A DNA stretch of 64,000 nt from the human T2T-CHM13v2.0 reference genome, Homo sapiens. Under the pieces are notes generated by a model. That model worked only from the letters and a program-made list of their open reading frames with translations, did no database searches and was not told where the DNA came from. This document shows, piece by piece, positions 45,801 to 60,700 of the stretch. The stretch is taken from assembly GCF_009914755.1 (NCBI RefSeq), contig NC_060939.1; one strand, written 5' to 3'. Each line of letters opens with the position of its first letter. Within the stretch, counting starts at the first letter, position 1. The position numbers and the translations under genes are program-made.

Positions 45801-48800
45801 TTTCACTTGAGTTGATTCCATTCCATTCTATTGCATTCCATTCCATTCCATTCCATTCCATTCCATTCCATTCCATTCCATTCCATTCCATTCCATTCCT
45901 TTACACTCCATTTGATTCTATTCCATTCTGTTGCATTCCATTCCATTTCATTCTATTCTACTCCATTTAACCCGAGTTGATTCCCATCCATTCTATTGCA
46001 TTCCAGGCCACTTCTTTCCGTGCCATTCCATTCCGTTCCATTCCATTCCATTCCATTCCATTCCGTTATTTTCAGGTCCATTCAATTCGAATGCATTCCA
46101 TTCCATTCCATTCCGTTACATTCCTTTCCATTCCACTCGAGTGTATTCCGTTCCATTCTATTGCATTCTATTCCATTCCATTCCATTCCACTTGAGTTGA
46201 TTCCATTCCATTCCATTCCATTTCATTCCGTTCAACCCGAGTTGATTACATTCCATGCTATTGCATTCCATTCCACTCCATTCCATTCCATTCCACTCGA
46301 GTTGATTCCTTTCCATTTCACTCCATTCCATTCCATTCCACTCGAGTTGATTCCTTTCCATTCTATTGCATTCGAGGCCACTTCGTTCCATTCCATTCCA
46401 TTCCTTTCTATTGCATTCCCTTCCATTCAATTCCATTCCATTCCATTGCATTCGAGTTGATTCTATTCCATTCCATTCCATTCCATTGCTATCCTTCCAT
46501 TCCACTCGGGTTGAATCCATTCCATTCTATTGCATTCCCTTCCATTCCACTCCATTCCATTACAATCCACTCGAGTTTATTCCATTCCATTCTATTGCAT
46601 TCCATTCCATTCCATTCTATGCCTCTCGTATTGTTTCCATTCCATTCTATTCAATTTCATTCCATTCCATTCCATTATATTCCATTCCATTCCATTCCAT
46701 TATATTCCATTCCATTCCATTCCACTCAAGTTGATTCCATTCCATTCTATTGCATTCCATTCCATTCCATTCCATTCCATTCCACTGGAGTTTTTTATTC
46801 CATTCCATTCCATTCCATTCGATTTGATTCCATTCCATTCTATTGAATTATATTCCATTCCATTCCATTCCATTCTGTTCCATTCCATTCCACTCGAGTT
46901 GATGGCATTCCATTCCATTCCATTCCATTTCATTCCATTCAATCCGAGTTGATTACATTCCATTCTATTCCATTTGAGGTCACTTCATTCCATTCCATTC
47001 CATTCCATTCCATTCCATTCCATTCCATTCCATTCCAATCCTTTCTGGTCAATTCAATTCAAATGCGTTCCATTCCATTCTATTCCACTCTAATTGATTT
47101 CATTCCATTCAATTGCATTCCATTCCATTCCATTCCATTCCATTCCTTTCCATTCCATTCAATTCCATTCCACCCGAGTTGATTCCATTCCATTCTATTG
47201 CATTCCATTCCATTCCATTCCATTCCGCTCGATTTGATTCCATTCTATTCTGTAACATTCCATTCCATTTCATTCTATTCCACTCCATTCAACCCGAGTT
47301 GATTCCAATCGATTCTATTGCATTCAATGCCACTTCTTTCCATTCCATCCAATTCCATTCCATTCCATTCCATTCCATTCCATTCCATTCCATTCCATTC
47401 TATTCCATTCCATTCCATTCCATTATTTTCGGGTCCATTCAATTCAAATGCATTCCATTCCATTCCATTCCGTTCCATTCGGTTCCATTCCATTCCGTTC
47501 CATTCCATTCCATTGCATTGCATTGCATTCCATTCCATTCCACACGAGTTTATTCCATTCCATTCTATTGCATTCTGTTCCATTCCATTCCACTCCACTC
47601 TTGTTGATTTCATTCCATTCCATTCCATTTCATTCCATTCAACGCTAGTTGATTCCATTCCATTCTATTGCATTCGAGGCCACTTGATTCCATTCCATTC
47701 CATTCCATTGCATTCCATTCCACTGCATTCTTTTCTGCTCAATTCAATTCGAATGCTTTCCATTCCATTCCACTCGAGTTGATTCCATTCCATGCTATTG
47801 CATTCCATTCCATTCCATTCCATTCCATTCCATTCCATTCCATTCCATTCCATTCCACTAGAGATGATTCCATTCCATTCTATTTATTTCGAAGCCACTT
47901 CATGCCATTCCATTCCATCTAATCTTTTCAGGTCCATTCCATTCAAATGCATTCCATTCCATTCGATTCCATTCTATTCCATTCCATTCCATTCCATTCC
48001 ATTCCATTCCATTCCATTCCAATCGAGTTGATTCCATTCCATTCCATTGCATTCCATTCCATTCCATTCCACTTGATTTGATTCCATTCCATTCTGTTGC
48101 ATTCCATTCCATTTCATTCTATTCCATTCCATTCAACACGAGTTGATTCCAATCCATTCTATTGCATTTGAAGCCACTTCTTTCCATTCCATTCCATTCC
48201 ATTGCATTCCATTCCAATACATTTCACTTGAGTTGATTCCATTCCATTCTATTGCATTCCATTCCATTCCATTCCATTCCATTCCATTCCTTTCCACTCC
48301 ATTTGATTCTATTCCATTCTGTTGCATTCCATTCCATTTCATTCTATTCCACTCCATTTAACCCGAGTTGATTCCCATCCATTCTATTGCATTCCAGGCC
48401 ACTTCTTTCCGTGCCATTCCATTCCATTCCATTCCATTCCATTCCATTCCGTTATTTTCAGGTCCATTCAATTCGAATGCATTCCATTCCATTCCATTCC
48501 GTTACATTCCTTTCCATTCCACTCGAGTGTATTCCGTTCCATTCTATTGCATTCTATTCCATTCCATTCCATTCCACTCGAGTTGATTCCATTCCATTCC
48601 ATTTCATTCCGTTCAACCCGAGTTGATTACATTCCATGCTATTGCATTCCATTCCACTCCATTCCATTCCATTCCACTCGAGTTGATTCCTTTCCATTTC
48701 ACTCCATTCCATTCCATTCCACTCGAGTTGATTCCTTTCCATTCTATTGCATTCGAGGCCACTTCGTTCCATTCCATTCCATTCCTTTCTATTGCATTCC

Positions 48801-51800
48801 CTTCCATTCAATTCCATTCCATTCCATTGCATTCGAGTTGATTCTATTCCATTCTATTGCATTCCATTCCATTCCATTCCATTCCATTGCTATCCTTCCA
48901 TTCCACTCGGGTTGAATCCATTCCATTCTATTGCATTCCCTTCCATTCCACTCCATTCCATTACAATCCACTCGAGTTTATTCCATTCCATTCTATTGCA
49001 TTCCATTCCATTCCATTCTATGCCTCTCGTATTGTTTCCATTCCATTCTATTCAATTTCATTTCATTCCATTCCATTCCATTCCATTATATTCCATTCCA
49101 TTCCATTCCACTCAAGTTGATTCCATTCCATTCTATTGCATTCCATTCCATTCCATTCCATTCCACTGGAGTTTTTTATTCCATTCCATTCGATTTGATT
49201 CCATTCCATTCTATTGAATTCTATTCCATTCCATTCCATTCCATTCTGTTCCATTCCATTCCACTCGAGTTGATGGCATTCCATTCCATTCCATTCCATT
49301 TCATTCCATTCAATCCGAGTTGATTACATTCCATTCTATTCCATTCGAGGTCACTTCATTCCATTCCATTCCATTCCATTCCATTCCATTCCATTCCATT
49401 CCATTCCATTCCTTTCTGGTCAATTCAATTCAAATGCTTTCCATTCCATTCTATTCCACTCTAATTGATTTCATTCCATTCAATTGCATTCCATTCCATT
49501 CCATTCCATTCCATTCCTTTCCATTCCATTCAATTCCATTCCACCCGAGTTGATTCCATTCCATTCTATTGCATTCCATTCCATTCCATTCCATTCCATT
49601 CCGCTCGATTTGATTCCATTCTATTCTGTAACATTCCATTCCATTTCATTCTATTCCACTCCATTCAACCCGAGTTGATTCCAATCGATTCTATTGCATT
49701 CAATGCCACTTCTTTCCATTCCATCCAATTCCATTCCATTCCATTCCATTCCATTCCATTCCATTCCATTCCATTCCATTCCATTCCATTATTTTCGGGT
49801 CCATTCAATTCAAATGCATTCCATTCCATTCCATTCCGTTCCATTCGGTTCCATTCCATTCCGTTCCATTCCATTCCATTGCATTGCATTGCATTCCATT
49901 CCATTCCACACGAGTTTATTCCATTCCATTCTGTTCCATTCCATTCCACTCCACTCTTGTTGATTTCATTCCATTCCATTCCATTTCATTCCATTCAACG
50001 CTAGTTGATTCCATTCCATTCTATTGCATTCGAGGCCACTTGATTCCATTCCATTCCATTCCATTGCATTCCATTCCACTGCATTCTTTTCTGCTCAATT
50101 CAATTCGAATGCTTTCCATTCCATTCCATTCCACTCGAGTTGATTCCATTCCATGCTATTGCATTCCATTCCATTCCATTCCATTCCATTCCAGTCCATT
50201 CCTTTCTCTCCACTCGAGTTGATACCTCTGAATTCTACTGCATTCCATTCCATTCCATTCCGTTCATTGCAGTTGATTCCATTCCATTCCATTCCATGCC
50301 ATTCCATTCCATTCCATTCAAGTTGATTCCATTCCATTCCATTCTATTGCATTCCATTCCATTCCTTTCCATTCCATTCCACTCGAGTTGATTCCATTCC
50401 ATTCTATAGCATTGCATTCCGTTCCATTCCATTCCATTCCATACCAATCCATTCCGTTCCATACCACTCGGGTTCATTCCATTCCATTCCATTGCATTCC
50501 ATTCCATTCCTTTCCATTCCATTCCACTCGAGTTGATTCCATTCCATTCTATAGCATTCCATTCCATTCCATTCCATTCCATTCCATTCCATTGCATTCC
50601 ATTCCACTCGTGTGGATTACAATCCATTCTATTGTATTCAAGGCCAATTCATTCCATTCCATTCCATTCCATTCCATTCCATTATTTATGGATCCTTTCA
50701 ATATACATGCATTCTATTCCATTCCATTCCATTGCATTCCATTCCTTTCCACTCGAGTTGATTCCATTCCTATCTATTGCATTCAATTCCAGTCCATTGC
50801 ATTGCATTGCATTCCAGTCCATTCCATTGCATTCCATTCCATTCCATTCCATTCCAATCCATTCCTTTCCATTCCATTCCATTTCATTCCATTCCATTCC
50901 ATTCCACTCGAGTTTGTTCCATTCCATTCTATTCCATTCCATTCCATTCCATTCCACTCGATTTGATTCCATTCAATTCTATTGAATTCGAGGCCACTTC
51001 ATGCCATTCCATTCCATTCTATTGCATTCCATTCCATTCCATTCCATTACTTTCCATTGTATTCCACTCGAGTTGATTCTATTCCATTCTATTGCATTGA
51101 AGGCCACTTCATTCCACTCCATTCCATTCCATTCCTTTCCATTCCATTCCATTCCATCCAATTCCATTCCATTCCATCCCAATCCATTCCATCCCATTCC
51201 ATTCCATTCCATTCCAATCGAGTTGTTTACATTCTATTCAATTGCAATCCATTCCATTCAATTCCACTCCATTCCATTAATTACATTATATTAGATTCCA
51301 TTCCATTCGATTCCACTCGAGTTGATTCCATTCCATTCTATTGCTTTCCATTCCATTCCATTCCATTCCATTCAACTCCTGTTGATTCCATTCCATTCTA
51401 TTGCATTCCATTAATTTCCATTCCATTCCATTCCATTCCACTCTATTGCATTCCATTACATTCCATTCCATTCTATTGCATTCCATTCCATTCCATTCCA
51501 TTCCATTCCACTCCGGTTGATTCCATTCCATTCCATTCCATTGCTTTCCACTCGAGTTGATTCCATTCCTTTCTATTGCATTCAATTCCAGTCCATTCCA
51601 TTGCATTCAATTCCAGTCCATTCCATTGCATTCCATTCCATTCCATTCCATTCCATTCCATTCCTTTCCATTCCATTGCATGTCATTCCATTCCATTCCA
51701 TTCCACTCGAGTTGGTTCCATTCCATTCTATTCCATTCCAATCCATTCCATTCCATTCCACTCGTTTTGATTCCATTCAATTCTATTGAATTCGAGGCCA

Positions 51801-54173
51801 GTTTATGTCATTCCATTCCGTTCCATTCTATTTCATTCCGTTCCATTCCATTCCATTACTTTCCGTTGTATTCCACTCGAGTTGATTCCATTCCATTCTA
51901 TTGCATTCAAGGCCACTTCATTCCATTCCATTCCATTCCATTCCATTCCAATCGAGTTGATTACATTCCATTCAATTGCATTCCAGTCCATTCCATTCCA
52001 CTCCATTCCATTAATTACATTATATTACATTCCATTCAATTCGATTCCACCAGAGTTGATTCCATTCCATTCTCTTGCACTCAATTCTATTCCTTTACAT
52101 TACATTTCATTCCATTTCTCTCGAGTTTATTCCATTCCATTCTATTACATTCAATTCCATTCCAAAACATTCCATTCCATTCCACTCCATTCCATTCCAC
52201 TCGAGTGGATTCCATTCCATTCCATTCCATTCCATTCCATTCCATTCCCTTCCATTCCATTCCATTCCATTCCTTTCCACTCGAGTTGTTTCCATTCCAT
52301 TCTATTGCATTCGAGGCCACTTCATACCATTCCATTCCTTTCCATTCCATTCTTTTCAAGTCCATTCAATGCAAATACATTCGATTCCCTTCCATTCTAT
52401 TCCATTCCATTCCATTCCTTCCAATTCGACTCGAGTTTATTCCATTCTATTCCATTGTATTGCATTCCATTTTATTCCATTCCATTATATTCCATTCCAC
52501 TCGAGTTGATTCCATTCCACTCTATTGCATTCCATTCCATTCCATTCGAGTTGATTCCATTCCATTCTCTTGCATTCCATTCCATTCCATTCCATTCCAT
52601 TCCATTCCATTCCATTTCATTCGAGTTGATTACAGTCCATTCTGTTGCATTCCATTCCATTCCATTCCACTCTAGTTGATTCCATTCCATTCTACTGTAT
52701 TCAAGGACACTTCATTCCATTCCATTCTTTCCCATTCCATACTTTTTGGATACATTCAATTCAAATGCCTTCCATTCGATTCCATTCCATTCTATTCCAT
52801 TCCACTCGAGTTGATTCCATTCCATTCTATTCCATTCCATTCCAGTCCACTCCATTCCATTGCATTCCACTCGAGTTGATTCCATTCCATTCTATTGCAT
52901 TCGAGGCCACTTCATTCCATTCCATTGCCTTCCATTCTATTGTGTTCCTTTCCATTCCATTCACTTCCATTCCATTCCACTTGAGTTTTTCCATTCCATT
53001 ATGTTGCATTCAAGGCAACTTCATTCCATTCCATTCCATTCCCTTCTTTTCGGATAAATTCATTTTAAATTCATTCCATTCCATTCCATTCCATTCCATT
53101 CCATTCCATTCCATTCCACTCGAGTTTATTCCATTCCATTCCTTTCCACTCGAGTTTATTAAATTCCATTCTATTGCGTTCCATTACATTTCATTCCTTT
53201 GCATTCCTTTCCATTCCATTCCATTGCATTGCATTCCATTCCATTCCATCCCATTCCATTCCATTCCATTCCACTCGTGTTGATTCCATTCCATTCTATT
53301 GCATTGCATTAAATTCCATTCCCTTCCATTCCATTCCATTCCATCCCATTCCATTCCATTCCACTCGAATTGATTCCATTCCATTCTATTGCATTTGAGG
53401 CCACTTCATTCCATTCCTTTCCATTCCATTCCATTCCATTCTTTTCAGGTCCATTCAAATTAAATGCATTCCATTCCACTCAAGTTGATTCCATTCCATT
53501 CTGTTGCATTCCATTGCATACCTTTCCATTCCATTCCATTCCACTCTAGTTGATGCCATTCCATTCTATTGCATTCCATTCAATTCCTTTCAATTCCATT
53601 CCACTCCATTCCACTCGAGTTTAATCCATTCCATTCTATTGCATTCCATTAAATTCCATTCCATTCCATTCCACTCGAGTTAATTCCATTCCATTCTATT
53701 GCATTCCATTCCATTCCATTGCATTCCATTTCATTCCATTGCATTCCAATCCATTCCCTTCCATTACATTCTATTCCCTTCCATTCGTGTTGATTCCATT
53801 CCATTGTATCGCATTCCATTCCATTCCATTCCATTGCATTCCATTCTATTGCATTCCATTCTATTCCATTCCATTACATTACATTACATTCTACTGCATT
53901 CCATTCCATTCCATTCCGTTGTATTCCATTCCATTCCATTCCGTTACATTCCATTCCATTCCACTCGGGTTGATTCTATTGCATTCGAGGCCACTTCATT
54001 CCATTCCATTCTATAGCATTCCATTCCATTCCATTCCATTCCAAGCCATTCCATTCCATTCCAATCCATTCCATTCCATTGCATTCCATTCTATTCTGTT
54101 CTATTCCACTCGAATTGATTCCATTCTGTTCTATTGCATTCCTTTCCTTTCCATTCCATTCCATTCCATTCCA
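42803..54173 (+). repeat. 11.35-kb HSat3 tandem duplication, copy 2
   Basis: Matches copy 1 apart from a few single-pentamer indels; homology ends near 54173. Confidence 0.95.
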
Positions 54174-54740
54174 TTCCATTCCATTCCTTAACATTCCATT
54201 CCATTGAATTCCTTTCCATTCCATTCCATTCCATTCCATTCCACTCCATTAAATTCCACTCTATTTGATTCCATTCCATTCTATTGCATTCCGTTCCATT
54301 CCTTTCCATTCCATTCCAAGCCATGCCATTCTATTGCATTAGAGGCCACTTCATTCCATTCCATTCCATAGCATTCTATTGCATTCCATTCTTTTCCATT
54401 CCATCCCATTCCATTGCACTGCATTCTATTCCATGCCACTCGTGTTGATTCCATTTCATTGCATTCCATTCATTCCATTTCATTCCATTCCATTACATTC
54501 CCTTCCATTTCATTCCATTCCATTCCATTCCATTCCCTTCCATTCCATTCCCTTCCATTCCATTCCATTCCATTCCCTTCCATTCCTTTCCATTCCATTC
54601 CGTTCCCTTCCATTCCATTCCATTCCACTGGGTTTGATTCCATTCCATTCTATTGCGTTCTAGGCCTCTTCATTCCCATCCGTTCCGTTCCTTTCTTTTA
54701 CCTACCTTTCCATTCCTTTGCATTCATTCCAGTTCATTCC

Positions 54741-57700
54741 ATTCCATACCGTACAATTACATTCAATCCCTTTCCATTCCATTCAACTGCATTCCATTCA
54801 ACTGCATTCCATTCCATTCCATGTCATTTGAATGCATTCCATTCCAGTGCATTCCATTCGAGTCCATTCCATTCCACTCCATTCCACTCCACTCCATAAA
54901 TTTCAACTCAATTCTACTCCATTCCATTCCATTCCATTCCATTCCATTCCACTCAACTACACTGCACTCCACTCCATTCAATTCCATTCCTTCCCCTTCC
55001 ATTCCTTTCCACTCCTTTTCTCTTCACCCCAATTCAATATTTTCAATTCCTTTCCACCCCATTGCATTCCACTCCATTGCACTCCACTTCAATGCATTGT
55101 GTTCCATTGCATGCGATGCCTTTTGATTCCATTCAATTCAATTCAATGCCATTCCATTCCATTCCATTCCATTCTAATCCATTCCATTCAATTCCTTTCC
55201 ATTTGATTCCATTCCATTCGACTGCACTCCATTCTATTCCTTTCCATTCCATTATATTCCATTCAATTCCTTTTCATTCGATTCCATTCGATTCCACTCC
55301 ATTTCATTAGAATCCATTCCATTGAATTCCATTACATTATAATCCATTCCATTCCATTCCATTCCATTCAATTGCTTTCCATTGCATTCCATTGCATTCC
55401 ATTTCATTCCATACCTTTTGAATCCATTCCATTGGATTCCATTCCATTGGAGTTCATTCCATTCCAGTCTTTACCATTCGAGTTATTTCTATTCCATTCG
55501 ATTCCATTCCACTCGATTCCATTCCACTCGATTCCATACCATTCGATTACATTCCATTCAATGGCAGTGCATTTCATTGCATTCCAATCGTGTCCTTTCC
55601 ATTCCAGTCCATTCCATTCGAGTCCACTTCCCTCCCCCTCACCACACTCCATTCGATTTCAATCGATGCCATTCTATTCCATTCCATTTGATTCCATTCC
55701 ATTCAAGTCCATTCCATTCCATTCCATTGCATTTCTCGCCACTGAACTCCACTCCACTCCATTCCAATACACTCCACTCCATCCTCTCCACTCCACTCCA
55801 GTCCACTCCATTCCATTCTATTTCACTCGCCTCCACAACAATCCATTCCATTCCATTGAATTCCACTCCATTCCACTCCTCTGCACTCCACTCCATTACT
55901 TTCGATTCCATTGCATTTCCCTCAACTCAACTCCGCTCCACTACGTTCATTTCCATTCCTTCCCTTTCCATTCCATTGCACTCCAATCCACTCCACTCCA
56001 ATCCTTTCGAATACATTCCACCCATTCCATTCTACTTCATTCCACTTCACTCCACTCCACTTCACCACATTCCATTTGATTCCATTAAATTATATTTGAT
56101 GCAGTTCGATTCCATTCCGTTTGATTTCATTCCATTCGATTCCATTCCATTCGAGTCCATTCCTTTCGAATCCTTTCCATTCCATTCCGTTGCATTCCAT
56201 TCCATTTCATTCCATTTGACACCACCTCACTCCATTCCACACCACTCTGTTCAATTACTTTCTTTCATTTCCAGTACATTCCACTCCATTCCACTCCACT
56301 CCACTCCATTCTATTCCATTACACCCTATTGCATTCCACTTCATTCCACTGCACTCCTCTTTACCACATTCCATTCGAATCCGTTCGATGCCTTTCGTTT
56401 CCATTCCATTTCACTCCACTCCGTTCGATTTCATTCCATTCGAGTCCATTCTATTCGAATCCATTCCATTCAATTCCTCTACATTTGATTCCATTCCATT
56501 CCACTCCATTCCATTCCATTGCATTCCATTGCATTCCATTCCATTCCATTCCACTCCATTCCATTCCATTGCATTCCATTCCATTCCACTCCACTCCATT
56601 CCATTAAATTCCATTCCATTCTATCCCACTCCACTCTAGTCCACTAAACTCCAATCCATTCCATTCCACAACACTCCATTCCAGTCCACTCCACTCCACT
56701 AGTCTCCATTCCATTCCATTCCACTCCACTCCATTCCATTCCATTCCATTGCATTTCACTCCAGTGTACTCCACTCCATTTCATTCCATTCCATTCCTTT
56801 CCATTGCAATCGGTTCCATTCCATTTCATTTCCAATCCATTCCATTCCATTCTGTTCCCTACCATTCGATTCCATTCCATTCCATTCGATTCCTTTGCAT
56901 TCCATTCCATTCCACTCCATTCCACTCCACTCAAATCCACTCCACTCCATTCCTCTCCATTCCATTCCACTCCTCTCCATTCCACTCCACTCCCCTCCTC
57001 CCAGTTCCACTCCATTCCAATCGACTCCACTCCTCACCATTGCACATCAGTCCATTCCAATCCATTCCATTCATTTGCATTCCACTCCAGTCCAATTTTC
57101 TCCACTCCACTCCTCTCCACTCCATTCCATTCCACTCTACTCCAATCCGTTCAATTCTATTACTTCCCATTGCATTCCATTTCTCTCGATTCCACTCCAC
57201 TCCACTATTATACATTCAATTACAATCCAACACATTCCATTCCACTCCATTTCAATCCTCTCCATTCCACTTCACCGCATTCCATTCGATTCTATTTGAT
57301 GCCAATCGATTCCTTTCCATTCAGTTCCATTTCTTTTGGTTCCATTCCATTTGACTCCACTCCATTCGATTCCATTCCACTCCATTCCATTCGATTCCAT
57401 TCCAATAGATTGCATTCCATTTGATTCCATTCTTTTCTAGTATATTCCGTTCCAGTCCTTTCCATTCCAGTCCATTATATTCGGGTCCACTCCATTCCAT
57501 TCCAGTCCACTCCATTCCACTTCACTCCATTCCACTCCATTCAATTCCTTCCACCCCATTCCATTCCACTCCATTCCACTCCACTCCAACGTACTTCACC
57601 CCATTCTATTCGATGCCATTTGATTCCATTCGATTCCATTCGATGCCATTCGATTTCATTCCATTTGATTCCATTACATTTGATTCCAATCCATTCGACT

Positions 57701-60700
57701 CCATTCCATTTGATAACTTTCGATTAGATTCCATACCATTCGAGTCCATTCCATTCCATTCCTTTCCATTCCATTCCAATCCATTCCATTGCATTCCGTT
57801 TTGTTAGAATCCATTCCATTCGATTCTATTCCATTCCAGTCCATTCCGTTCGTGTCCATTCCATTCCATTCCATTCCATTCGATTCCATTGCATTCGATT
57901 CCATTGCATTCAATTCCATTCCATTCAATTGCATTCCATTCGATAGCATTCCGTTCAATTCCATTCCATTTGATTTGATTCCAATCCATTCTATTCCAAT
58001 TCGTTCCGTTCCATTCCATTCCGTTCCATTCCATTCGAGTCCATTCCATTCAATTCCATTCCTTCCGTTTCCATTCCATTACATTTGATTCTATGGTATT
58101 CCATTCCTTTCCATTCCATTCCATTCCATTCCATTCGTGTGCATTCCATTCCTGTCTATTCAATTCAATTCCATTCCATTCCATTCCATTCTTGTGCATT
58201 CCATTCCTGTCGATTCAATTCAATTCCATTCCATTCCACTGCATTCCACACCATTCCACACCATTCCATTACATTCGACTCCATTCCACTCCACTCTACT
58301 CCACTCGATTCAATTCCATTCCACCTCATTCCATTCCTCTGCATTCCACTGCACTCCACTTCACTGCATTCCATTCGATATCACTTGATTCTATTCGATT
58401 CCGTTTGATGCCATTCGATTCCATTCCATTCTTTTCCATTCCAATCAACTCCATTACGTTTGATTCCATTCCTTTCGATTCCATTCCATTCGTGTCCATG
58501 CCATTCCATTCCTTTCCATTCCATTCCATTCCATTCCATTTCATTCCGTTCGATTCCATTCCCTTGTATTCCATTGCTTTCCAGTCCATTCTATTCGAGT
58601 CCATTCCATTCCATTCAATTTCATTACTTTCAATTCCATTCCGTTAGTTTCAATTCCATCTGAATCCATTCCATTCCGTTCCTATCCACTCCAATCCATT
58701 CCATTCCATTCCAGTCCACGTCATTCAATTCCACTCAATTCCACTCCATTTCATTCCATTCCGTTACATTCCATTCCACTCCACTCCACTGCACTCCACT
58801 GCATTCAATTCCGTTACTAACAATTCCATTCGATTCCACTTCATTCCACTACACTCCACTCCATTCAATTCCTTTCCACATCACTCGACTCCACACCGTT
58901 CCACTGCCATCCATTCCCCTTCACTGCACTCCATTCGATTCCATTCATTGCCATTCGATTCCTTTCCATTCGATAGCATTCCATTCGTGTCCATTCCATT
59001 CCATTCCATTACATTTCATTGCATTCCACTCTACTTCACTCCACTCCACACCACTCCAATCCATTCCATTCCATTCCATTCCTTTCAACTCCCCTCCATT
59101 CCATTCAATTCCACTCCACTCCACTACAATCCACCTCACTCTATTCCACTACCTTCTATTATATTACCCTCCACGCCACTCTACTCCATTCCATTCCAGT
59201 GCATTCCACTCAGGTCCACTCCGCTCCACTCCATTCAAATCCATTCTTTCTCCTTCCATTCCATTCCACCCCATTCCATTCCACTCTGTTCCATTCCTTT
59301 CAATTCCATTCCACCCCACTGAATTCCACTCCATTCCACTCCACTCCACTCCACTTCACTGCATTGTTTTCGATTCCATTCAATGCCATTCGTTTCCATT
59401 CAATTCCATGCGATGCCATAAATTTCTATTCCTTTCCATTCGAATCCATTCCATTTGATTCCATTCCATTCTTTTCCATTCCATTCGAGTCCACTCCATT
59501 CTATTCTTTTCCATTCCATTGCTTTCCTTTCTATTCCATTATTTTCAATTCCATTCCCTTCCATTCCATTCCATTGGAATCCATTCCATTCGATTCCATT
59601 CCATTCCAGTCCATTCCATTCGATTCCATTCCATTCCATTCGAATCCATTGCACTCGATTCCTTTCCATTCGATTACATTCCATTCAATTGCTTTGCATT
59701 TGATTGCATTTCATTCGTGTCCATTACTTTCCAGTCCAATCCTTTCAAGTCCATTTCATTCCAGTCTTTTCCATTTGAATCCATTCCATTCCAGTCCATT
59801 CCATTACAGTCTATTCCTTTCGAGACCATTCCATTCCATTCCAATCGATTCCATTTCATTTTTGTCTATTCCATCTGAGTCCATTCCATTGCCTTCCATT
59901 CCATTCTGTTCTACTCCACTCCACTCCATTCAATTCCATTCCAGTCCATTCCATTCCATTCCACTGAATTCAACTCCATTCCATTCTATTCCATTCCATT
60001 CCATTGCCTTCCTTTACACTCCACTTTACTCCACTCCACACTACTCTGTTCAATTCCATTCCTTCCCTTTCCTTTCCATTCCAATACATTACACTCCACT
60101 CCATTGAGTTCTGTTACACCCCATTTCATTCCATTGCATTCCACTCCACTTCACTTCACCGCATTGCATTCGAATCCATTTGATGCCATTCGATTCCATT
60201 CCACTCGATTGCATTCCATTCAAATCCATTCCAATTGACTCCATTCCATACGATTCCATTCCATTCGAGTACATTCTATTCGTGTCAATTCCTTTCCTGT
60301 CCATTCCTTTGAATTCCATTCTATTCCATTCCATTCCATTCCGTTCCACTCCACTCCACTCCATTCCATTCCATTTGATTCTATCCCACTCCACTCCAAT
60401 CCACTCCACAGCACTCCATTCCATTCCACTCCACTCCATTCCAGTCCACTCCACTCCACTCAACTCCGGTCCATTCCACTATACTCCACTCCACTCCAAT
60501 CCACTCCACTCCATTGCACTCCATTACATTGCATTCAGTTACATTCCATTCCGTTCAATTCCACTCCTTTACATTGCATTCAGTTACATTCCATTCTGTT
60601 CAATTCCACTCCCTTCCATTCCATTCCAATCATTCCATTCCATTATAATCCTTTCGATTGATTCCACTCAATTCTATTCCATTGCATTCCATTCCATTCC

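Larger units (their letters stand above)
29750..54740 (+). repeat. Human Satellite 3 (CATTC)n, domain punctuated by CACTCGAGTTGATT / CTATTGC / GAGGCCACTTC (HSat3B-like)
   Basis: Long runs of CATTC pentamers interrupted every ~50-100 bp by ACTCGAGTTG, a variant of the classic satellite III CAACCCGAGT decamer read on the opposite strand. The subfamily label is tentative. Confidence 0.93.

Noticed and set aside
29750-54740. CRISPR-like or other repeat-spacer array (palindromic CACTCGAGTTG at semi-regular spacing)
   Set aside because: The intervening sequence is CATTC pentamer rather than unique spacers, there are no cas-like genes, and the context is human satellite.
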